64,000 nt of DNA from positions 280,709 through 344,708 of the forward strand of contig NW_013657674.1 in the NCBI RefSeq assembly GCF_000142905.1, written 5' to 3'. The notes under the pieces are model-generated. The model saw only the letters and a program-made list of their open reading frames with translations, had not been told where the DNA came from and did no database searches. This document shows positions 38,201-46,743 of this stretch, piece by piece (positions within the stretch are counted from its first letter, which is position 1; the number at the start of each line of letters is the position of its first letter). A program made the translations under genes and the position numbers. The stretch is from Thecamonas trahens ATCC 50062 (taxonomy: Eukaryota; Protista; Apusomonadida).

Positions 38201-40237
38201 CGAGGCGCGCAAGTCGCGACTTGACGCTCAGTCGTTGCAACTGACTGCGCGGCAGGCAACCGTGAAGCTCAAAGAGCGTAAGGCGGCGGCGATCAAGCTT
38301 GAGGCCGAAGAGCTGAAGCGCAAGCTGCAGAAGGAGCAACAGGAGCTCAAGGCTGCGCGCGCTGCGCTGGAGAAGCAGAACGCTTCCCGCACTGCTGCTG
38401 TGGTCACCGCCGAGGTCGGCGTTCAGACTATCGCACCTTCGACACCGATCTCGATTCAGGTTAGCTCACCTGAGCTGGTGCACGCCGAAGCGAGCAGCGA
38501 GCTCAACGGATCGGCGTCGGAGCTGTACTTGCAGATGGAACACCAGCTGGAGGCAGACTGCCAGGAGGTGGAGGTGATCATTGCCAAGGTCAACGTTGCT
38601 GCGGGTGACTTTGTGCGGATTCGGGCGGTGGCGGCGCAGGCCAAGGCACTGTCGAAGAAGATCATCAAGACGTTACATGGGATGCGCGCGACTGCTGCGG
38701 ACCAGCCCGAGTTTGTGGAGCAGCTTGAGCAGCTTGAGCTGGGGCTTGTGCGGCGCGAAGTCGACCTCGACCAGGTCTCGCAGGCGCTGAGCGCCAATCC
38801 CGACGACGAGGCGTCGTTGGCGTCGCTGCGGGTGATTTTGAAGCAGTTACAGGACATCCACGCATCGGTACTGGATCTCACGACTGTGGATGACGAGGTT
38901 GAGGACGGCAAATCGATGCGAAAGAGTACTTCGTTGACGCGGCACTCATCGCGGGTGATGGATGAGATGGTACAGCTGCGGGCGCTGCTGAGCGAAGTAC
39001 CGCTATTTGAGGGCATTTCCAACATTGGCTTCTTTAACGAGATCATGCGCAAGATGGAGGATCGGGTGTACTCGCCCAACTCGTTTGTGTTTGAGTATGG
39101 CGACGAGGGCCGCTCAATGTTCTTTATCATGAGCGGGACAGCGGCTGTCATTCTTGGCAACGGCAAGAAGATCAAGGACCTGGAGGCTGGCGACTTTTGG
39201 GTGAGATTGCCATTCTGACCGGTGGGCGGCGGACGGCGTCGATTCGGGCCGAGACCTACGTCAATGTCTTTGAGCTGTCGAAGGAGACGCTTCTGGCTGC
39301 GCTCGATCTCTACCCGCAGTACCGCGAGTCGATCATCAACGTCGGGCGGCAGCGACTGCTGGACGACGCAAAGCGGAGACGGAAGCGTGAGCTGGCCATT
39401 CAGCTGAGCGATAACCCAGCAGCGAGCGTTCGCGAGCGGCTGCACAGCGAGGTGCGGCGGCTGGTGCAGGTGCTGACTCATGCGACGTCAGCGTCTACAG
39501 TCAAGTGGCGCGCCATCCAGGAAGCGGCTGATGAGACGCTGCGTGTGCTGGACGATCTGGAGGTAGCCCTGATGCCGACGTTCCGCTGGGTAGTCCGCAA
39601 CCTCAAGGCTCACCACCAGGCGGCACGCCAGGCGCTGGCGCCTTTTCTGGACAAGGCACCGGACGAGGTTAGTGACCTCGAGGAGGCGCGCTCGGCAGCG
39701 CTGGCCCAAATCCGAGCTACCGAGGAAGAGGCACGGCTAGCAATTGGACTGGCCGACGTAGCGGCGTCGCTGGACAAGATGCCGCTGATGCGCGGCGTTG
39801 ACGCTGCGTTCAAACGAATTCTGCTGGAGCAGGCCGAGGCTGCGACGTACGGTAAGGGCGAGACGATTGTGGAGCTGGGCGGTCGCGACCACGAGCTGTA
39901 CTTGCTGCTGGACGGGCAGGTGCAAGTCGTGCTTGCCAGCGGTGACTTTGCGGCCGACCTGGGCCCTGGCGAGTTCTTTGGTGAGACAGGGTGGTGGGAG
40001 CTCAGCCCAAGGACAGCGCGACTTGTTGCTGTCACTGCAGTGGACGTGGTTCGCATCAGACGCGGCGCGCTGGACGAGGCGTTGCGGCGTTTTGAGGCGA
40101 CCGGTCGGACCATGGCGGTCAACTGGGAGGGCTGGCAGGCCGAGGTGGCAAAGGAAGAGGCACAGATCTCGCAAAATGTGCGGCGTGCGTTTGCCGGTGT
40201 GGGCGGTGGAGCTTCGGCTAGCTCGCTGGGGATTTAG
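29239..40237 (+). CDS. Giant Ala/Glu/Arg-rich coiled-coil protein (~3,670 aa) with two C-terminal cNMP-binding domains; 1-nt frameshifts near 36938 and 39196
   Basis: ORFs 29239-37062, 37038-39218 and 39197-40237 join. cNMP domain 1: VPLFEG..YSPNSFVFEYGDEGRSMFFIMSG..GEIAILTGGRRTASIRA. Domain 2: GETIVELG..LYLLLDGQV..GEFFGE..PRTARLVA. Confidence 0.82.
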
Positions 40238-40245
40238 CGCACTGA

Positions 40246-43200
40246 CTATGTGGAGGACGAGGACGACGAAGAGGAGGAGGAAGACTCCGACGAGTCGATA
40301 AAGTCACGGCGACGTCCCCTTTTGCTCTTGCGCCGCCCCTTCTTCCCCTTGCGACGGCTTGTCTTGCCCTCCTTACCGTCGGCCTTTGCTGCCCGACGGG
40401 CAGCCTTTTCGGCGCGGCGCGCCTCACGGCGTGCGCGGCGCTCGGCTTTCTTCGCCTGCTTGGCCGCCTTGCGGGCCGCCTTCGGGCGGCGTGAGCAGCG
40501 CGACGGGCAGCAGCGCGGTTGGCCTTGCGACGCTTTTTCTTGTGAATGCCTGGGATGACGGGTTCATGGCCGCCAGAACCACGGGACGGCTCCTTGCGCT
40601 CGCCAGCCCTGTCAGTTTCACGAGCGTCTGCCTGGCCGTCATCAAGACTGCCTTCGCCCTCTTCGAGCTCGGATGCAGCTGGCTCGGGAATAGGCGGGTG
40701 CGGCGGTGGCGGCTCATCGCCGGTGGCCTCGGCCATGGTGTCATGATCCGGACTCTCGTCGTTGGCGGCGTCTTCGGCGGGCTCGGGCGGCGGAGGTTGC
40801 TTGCTGGCGTCGTCCAGCTGATCAGCGTAGGCTGCCTGGGCGGCATCGCGCTCTTCGTCGGGGCAGCAACGGATGGCTGCACGGGCCTTGCGGAGGGCTT
40901 CCTTGTCGAGAAGGACGCGCGCAGACGAGCCTTCATCGGTCTTGGTGCCGGATGCGCCCTTGCCGGCGTAGACGTTGTCTGAGGCGGTGTGCGGGCCGGC
41001 GGCCTCGGAGAAGAGATCAAAGGCAGTAGCGGCAATGGCAGAGAGGGTAAAGTTGCCGTGGATGCCGGGGTAGAATGTGGTAGGCACAATGCAGTAGGCA
41101 CCTGCGTCGAGAGTGAGCTCGGCGCTGCGCGAGCGGGTGTACTGGAAGCCCGAGCACGACATGGTGGAAGCGAGCGAGACTGTGCCGCCGGCGCAGACGT
41201 AAAAGCCGATGGGAAGACGCGGGTCGTCTTCGGGGTGGCGAGGGTGATGGTGATGGTGGTTGGCTTGGTGATGTCGAGGCAATAGACCGGGTTGAGCTGC
41301 CACGACTGGTTGTTCTGGCAGCCGCCGGAGTAGTGCGGGGTCCATGCGCCACCGACGGCGGCCTCGTGCCACTCCCACGAGCGCGGGATGTGGTCGAGGG
41401 CGAGCTGGGCATCAGGAACACCAGGCGCCTTGACGATGAGCTCGAACGAGGCCTCCACGTCGGGGTGGTAGGTTGAGGGGATGATGAGGACTGGGGTGTC
41501 TGCGGTGACGTCGAGTGCAGCTGCAACGTTTCGCGCGTTGGTGCACGGGGTGGAGGCAAGGGTATCAGACGAAGACGCGGCGAGAAGGCGCTTGGAGTTG
41601 GATGGGACGGGGAAGGCGGACCAACCGACATAGGGCAGCGCGTCGGAGGGCGTAGACTCGGGCTGGACGAGCGAGATCTCAAGCGTGGCATCGGTGTCTG
41701 AGGTGAGGAGGTACTGGGGGTTGCGATGCCAGTTTGCCCGACCGCGACAGCCTCCGGCCAACTTGCCGTGCCAGCGGCCCTCGACGCCTGTAACACCAGC
41801 GACAGCGACGTGAAGGTGGGCCCACTCTGCGGCGGACACACCGGCAGGCGCGATGGCAGCTAGGGTAAATGCCGACTCGTTTCCAGGGTAGAACGTCGAT
41901 GGGATGACGATGTAGGTGCCGGGCTCGAGGGTGAGCGAGACCGAGACCGAGTATGCATTGGTGAACGAGGTCTTGCCGATGACTTCCGAGGCGAGGGCGC
42001 GATCTTTGCGGGCGTCGCCGGTGAGGACGAGGCAGCCGATGTAGAAAGGCGGGTGGGCAGGCGACTGAGGTTGGTGGAGCTCGATGATATAGTCACCGGG
42101 AGCGGAGACGGTGAGAGCAAACTGTGGGTTGGCGTTCCACGACGGGTTGTTGACGCAGCCGCCAGCAGAGACGCCAGCCCAGGCACCCTCGATTTCGGCG
42201 TTGGCGATGTGCGGGAAGGCGATAAAGTCGAGTGCGGCCGAGTCTGCCCAGGCGCGAACGACCCAGTCTTCGTTCTTGAGAGGAGCGGCGTCGTACTGGC
42301 ACGGAACGATGATGTAGTCGCCGGGCGGGGCCTTGAAAGTAGTGGCGACCTCACGGGCGTACTCAAAGATGTCGATGCGGGCGACGAGGCGCGACGAGTC
42401 CCACTCGCGGAGTGGGCCTGATTCGGGCTCGGCGTCAAAGACGTAAAAGGCAATGGCGTCGTCGTAGCGATGGGTGCCAGCAAGGCGAGCGTCAGACTGC
42501 ATGAGCGAAATAGCAACATGGGCGGCAGCAGCGCCATCAGCGGGAGCGCCAACGCGCAGCTTGAGCTGCGGGTTGTTGGCAAAGCCCGCCGATGACGGAC
42601 GGCCACCCGAAGACTCAGCGAACCACGAGCCAAAGGCCTTGACGCTCGATGTCCAGCCTGTGAAAAGGTGGCAAGCATAGAGCTTGTTAAAGTTGGTGGT
42701 AAAGTCCTCGTACGCCATGTAGAACGAGCCGTCATCGGCAAACTCGTGGCCGAGCTCTTCGAGCATCTCGGGTGTCCACTCGGGCGAGCCGTCAGCCCAG
42801 GCGCCAGACCACTCAGTCGAGCCCCACGGGTTACGGATCAGAAGCAGGCGGTGGCCAGCCGAGGTAGTGAGGGCGTCAAGGATGCCGTAGGCGTGAGAGG
42901 CAAGCAGACCATTGCCCTGGTCCTCCTCGATACCGGCACCGGCGCGGGCGATGGCGCAGCCGAGCATGTCCCCGGCGTCAATCATGTCGACAATGTCATC
43001 AAAGAGCTTGCCAGAGGTGATGCGAGCAGCAACGTCCTCGTGGTCAAAGTGCCATTTCTCGCCTGAGCCGCCGGTGAGGTCGACGAGGGCGTCGACGGTC
43101 GAGCCGCCTTCGATGGCCTCAAACGAGCCGTGCAGTTTGGCGTAGGCCTTTTCCAAGATCTGGACCCAGACCTCGTCCTCATCGAGGCAGCGAGCAAAGA

Positions 43201-43647
43201 GCGGCGTCTCGGAGCCGTGGCGGAGCGGAACGTGGTCGTCGACTACCACCTGCAGCCAATCGCCGTTTTTGTAGAAGCGGACGGTGTAGCGGCCGGTCTC
43301 GGTGTCGTGGTCGACGATGAGCGAGGCGAGGGCCTCGTCATCGAGGGCAACAACCGAGAGCGAACCGAGGAGGTAGCACGAGCCAAGCGCACCCTGCATC
43401 ACATCACCCGGAGCCACACCCTCGGCAAAGAGGGTAGGCGTCGAGGTGTAAGCGTGCGGGCGGTCCCACTTGGCCACCGAGTACGATGCTGGAGGTGCAT
43501 GCGGAGAAAGAAAAAAAAGTGTTCGCTGTGAGTTTGTTCGATGCGGTCAACCACGGTTGGACGGGAAAGGGCGCAAGGGGACGTACTCTCGCGGTTGGTG
43601 TAGAGCGATGTGTCATCGGGAGCAAAGTCAGTGTCAACAAAGGCCAT
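40246..43647 (-). CDS. Calpain-family cysteine protease (CysPc + four tandem domain-III/C2-like repeats + acidic then K/R-rich tail); intron 43489-43586; frameshifts near 41233 and 40481
   Basis: Catalytic triad motifs QGALGSCY, SHAYG, IRNPWG; FVDTDF N-terminus; EKAYAKLHGS; four W-x4-(S/A)GG...NP(Q/V) units. Confidence 0.88.
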
Positions 43648-43823
43648 GGCGGAGGAGGAGGGGGTGGTGGGGGTGGGATGCCGGGGGTGTACTGGAGTGG
43701 GGCGTCAAGTGCAGGTGCGGGTGCGGTGTCAGCGGCGGAGCTGACCAAGTGCTCAGTGGTTACGTTTGTCACGCCGGACGTTTTCTGGCCATCGCCTGTG
43801 ACCAAGGAGGTGGTGGTAGCAGT

Positions 43824-43875
43824 TTGGGGTTGGGGTTGGGTTGGGGTTGAGGTTGGGGTTGGGGTTGGGGGGGGG
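43824..43875 (+). repeat. (TTGGGG)n-like G-rich hexamer repeat between divergent genes
   Basis: ttggggttggggttgggttggggttgaggttggggttggggttgggg. Confidence 0.8.
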
Positions 43876-43978
43876 TCACGAGCGCAGACACAGGCACAGG
43901 CGAAGGACTTGGCCAGGGTCAGGATGACGGTCGGAGTCGGAGTCGGGGCCGAGCACCTGACTCTCACTGGCTGTGACC

Positions 43979-44779
43979 ATGAACACACTGGTGATTGCTG
44001 CTGCCGCCATGGCCATGCTGGCCACCCTCACTCTTGCCCAGGACCGTACGCTTGTGGTACCGGTGCCAGCCGCCTGTCCAGTCTCCCTCCCCCCCCCCCC
44101 CCCACCCCCACCACACACACACTCACCCTCCTCACCTCCCTCCCTTCCTCCCCCCCCCCCCCTAGCTGCGAACGAATGGCTTGGCTACGCCACGGCTACG
44201 TACCCGCAGGGGACCAAGATCACGCGGGCCGAGGCAAAGTGGCAGGTGCCGGCCGATCCCAAGGTCCCGGGCCTGTTCCAGTCGCCGTGGTTCGGCATCG
44301 AGTCGACAGACAACCTCAACCTCATCCAGCCGGTCAACCCGTGGGACGGCGCCCGGTGGTACGGCATGACTGAGTACTTCCAGTGGTCTCCCGAGAACAA
44401 CCGCGACTCGCAGACCATCGAGGCGCGCGCAGGCGACACGCTCCACGGCACGGTTGTCTACGACGAGGCGACCCAGTCGTACACGCAGACGCAGAACAAC
44501 CTGCGGACTGGCCAGTCGACCTCGATGGTGGTCCCCATCCAGAAGGACAGCAACGGCAACTACAAGAACTACGATCACCTGTGGGTTGTGTACGAGAAGG
44601 TGCCCATTGTTTGCGGCCAGCTCCCCGCATCGGGCAAGGTTCTCTTCTTCGACATCGAGATCGAGTTTGACGGCAAGCTTGTGACGCCCGAGTGGACCAC
44701 GGCCTTTGTTGTCGACAAGTGCGATAACCGTGCCCAGCTCGTTAACTCAACTTCTGTCCTCCTCACCTGGAACCCTTGA
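43979..44779 (+). CDS. Secreted protein resembling the glutamic peptidase family G1 (eqolisin) fold; in-frame 120-nt intron 44046-44165
   Basis: Signal peptide. The motif order EWLGY, KWQVP, PWFGIE, LIQP, EYFQW, AGDTLHG, WVVYE parallels G1 peptidases, including the catalytic Q and E. Confidence 0.6.
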   Translation: MNTLVIAAAAMAMLATLTLAQDRTLVVPVPAACPVSLPPPPPPPPHTHSPSSPPSLPPPPPLAANEWLGYATATYPQGTKITRAEAKWQVPADPKVPGLFQSPWFGIESTDNLNLIQPVNPWDGARWYGMTEYFQWSPENNRDSQTIEARAGDTLHGTVVYDEATQSYTQTQNNLRTGQSTSMVVPIQKDSNGNYKNYDHLWVVYEKVPIVCGQLPASGKVLFFDIEIEFDGKLVTPEWTTAFVVDKCDNRAQLVNSTSVLLTWNP

Positions 44780-44863
44780 TGCAGTGACGATCTCTTTCTG
44801 CGCGCGCGTTCTTGCTAGCCCATACCACCTTGCCTTTCTTGATTGAACGAGTATCTTTTGTCA

Positions 44864-44939
44864 CGTCCCGTGCCGTCCCGTGCCGTCCCGTGCCGTCCCA
44901 TACCGTCCCGTGCCGTCCCGTGCCGTCCCGTGCCGTGCC
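44864..44939. repeat. 10-bp minisatellite (CGTCCCGTGC) x ~7.5
   Basis: Directly visible; one variant unit (cgtcccatac). Confidence 0.92.
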
Positions 44940-45042
44940 ATTGACCACGAGCCAGCGGGAAGGGGCAGTACTCATCGCGGACGTGAGCGAGTCTCTCCTC
45001 CCTCCCTCCCTCCCTCCCTCCTCCTCCTCTCTCCCCCGTTCT

Positions 45043-45765
45043 ATGCGTGTGCTGACCTTACTCGGCCGCGTGGCCTTTATGACCCTCTTTGCAGTCATCT
45101 GCACGGCAGGTGTGCTGCACATGCACCGCCCGACCCGCCGCTGGGCCTTTGCCTCTTTCTGCGTGGCCATGAACAAGCGCTCGCCAGAGATGCGCGCACT
45201 GCGGTGCGAGGTTGTGGGCAACGCCACGGGACACGTGTTGGAGATCGGACCGGGGCCGGGCGGCAATCTGGCGTGCTACGGCCCAGAGGTGACGGCGTGG
45301 ACCGGCGTCGAACCGAATCCGGAGTTTGCGCCGTATGTGGCGGCCGCTGCTGCTGCGACAGAGCGAAAGATCAGGCTTGTCGACGGCGTGGCGGAAGATC
45401 TGGTCGCAGCAGGTGTGGCCGATGCCTCCATCGACACCTACGTGGCGACCCATGTCCTTTGCTCTGTCGATGATGTGTCGCAGGTCCTGGCCGAGGCGTC
45501 GCGCGTTCTCAAGCCGGGTGGCAAACTGTTCTTCCTCGAGCACGTCCTCGCCCAGGACTCGCCCACCCTCGCCTTTGTCCAGCAGGCCATCGCTCCTCTG
45601 TGGCGCATCTTTGGCGACGGCTGCGAGTTCCGCACCCAGTGGTATGAGCTCGAGGCCGCCGCCGCCGCCGGTCTCTTCATCGATCTCGAGATCACCTTCT
45701 TCGACGCGCCCATCAAGCTCGTCATCGCCAAGCCGCACATCAAGGGCTCGGCCACCAAGCCATGA
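45043..45765 (+). CDS. METTL7/TMT1-like SAM-dependent methyltransferase with an N-terminal membrane anchor
   Basis: VLEIGPGPGGN, GVEPNP, DGVAEDL, HVLCSVDD, RVLKPGGKLFFLEHV, GDGC. Confidence 0.85.
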   Translation: MRVLTLLGRVAFMTLFAVICTAGVLHMHRPTRRWAFASFCVAMNKRSPEMRALRCEVVGNATGHVLEIGPGPGGNLACYGPEVTAWTGVEPNPEFAPYVAAAAAATERKIRLVDGVAEDLVAAGVADASIDTYVATHVLCSVDDVSQVLAEASRVLKPGGKLFFLEHVLAQDSPTLAFVQQAIAPLWRIFGDGCEFRTQWYELEAAAAAGLFIDLEITFFDAPIKLVIAKPHIKGSATKP

Positions 45766-46029
45766 CTCGCCGATCCGATACCCAAGTCTCTGGGCACAAC
45801 GAGCGATCTCAGCACTGCAGTACTTACCCACGGATGGGCAGAAACATAACAACGTGGCATACCCCTGCCACCGGCCTGGCCCTGGCCCTGGCCCACGTCA
45901 GCCGCTGTGGCGCACGCAAGCCCCACGACACCGCGAACTCGGACGCGGTCCTTCCACTCCCACCCCTCTCTACCCTCCACCATCCTCCGTCTCCTTCGCA
46001 CATCTTTTGCACTCCGTTCTACCCTCGCC

Positions 46030-46725
46030 ATGTCATCGTCGCCGTCGTCGCCTGCATCGAACAACCGCTGGAGCGAAGCCTGGGAGGCCGGGCGAACAGG
46101 GTGGGACCTGGGCGGGCCGACGCCTGCGCTCACGGCGCTCCTTGCCGCTCCGCCGGCTGGCGTGGTGCTGCCAGACTCGGGTGCTGCGCTGGTCCCGGGT
46201 TGCGGCGCCGGATACGATGTGCGTGCGCTGGCGACCGCCCTGCCGGGCCTGGACGTGGTCGGTGTTGATGTGGCACCTCTGGCCAAGGACGCCTTTGACT
46301 CCCGTGTCAACGGCGGCGCCGAGCGAGTTGAAAACGCACAGGTGGTGCTCGGCGATGTGTTTGCGGTCGGGAGCGCCGATGCACCCAAAGGCGTGCCGGA
46401 TGCGCTGCAGGTTGCGAGCAAGACCGCGCTTGTCTACGACTACACCTTTCTGTGTGCCATCGAGCCCGAGGACCGCGCGCGATGGGCGGCGCTCATGGCG
46501 CGGGTGCTCGAGCCCGGCCGCGGCCGGCTTGTTGTTCTCATCTTCCCGACTGAAGAGCCCGGCCGCGGCCCGCCGCCGTACCAGATTGTGCCCGATGACG
46601 TCGAGGCTCTACTCACTCCGCACGGCTTTGAGTGCGAGCACCTGGCTCCCGTCCCTCACGACGTGACCGAGGCAGAGTGGCGCAAGGGCAAGGAGGTGAT
46701 GTCGGTGTGGAAGCTGCGCGCGTGA
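46030..46725 (+). CDS. TPMT-family thiol/halide methyltransferase (HOL/methyl-halide-transferase-like)
   Basis: WSEAWEAGRTGWDLGGPTPAL, ALVPGCGAGYDV, VYDYTFLCAI, RARWA, GPPY. Confidence 0.88.
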   Translation: MSSSPSSPASNNRWSEAWEAGRTGWDLGGPTPALTALLAAPPAGVVLPDSGAALVPGCGAGYDVRALATALPGLDVVGVDVAPLAKDAFDSRVNGGAERVENAQVVLGDVFAVGSADAPKGVPDALQVASKTALVYDYTFLCAIEPEDRARWAALMARVLEPGRGRLVVLIFPTEEPGRGPPPYQIVPDDVEALLTPHGFECEHLAPVPHDVTEAEWRKGKEVMSVWKLRA

Positions 46726-46743
46726 TGGCTGGGCGCTCGGCTT

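Noticed and set aside
44864-44939. Regular repeats suggesting a CRISPR-like array
   Set aside because: Contiguous 10-bp units with no spacers, no cas genes and a eukaryotic context.
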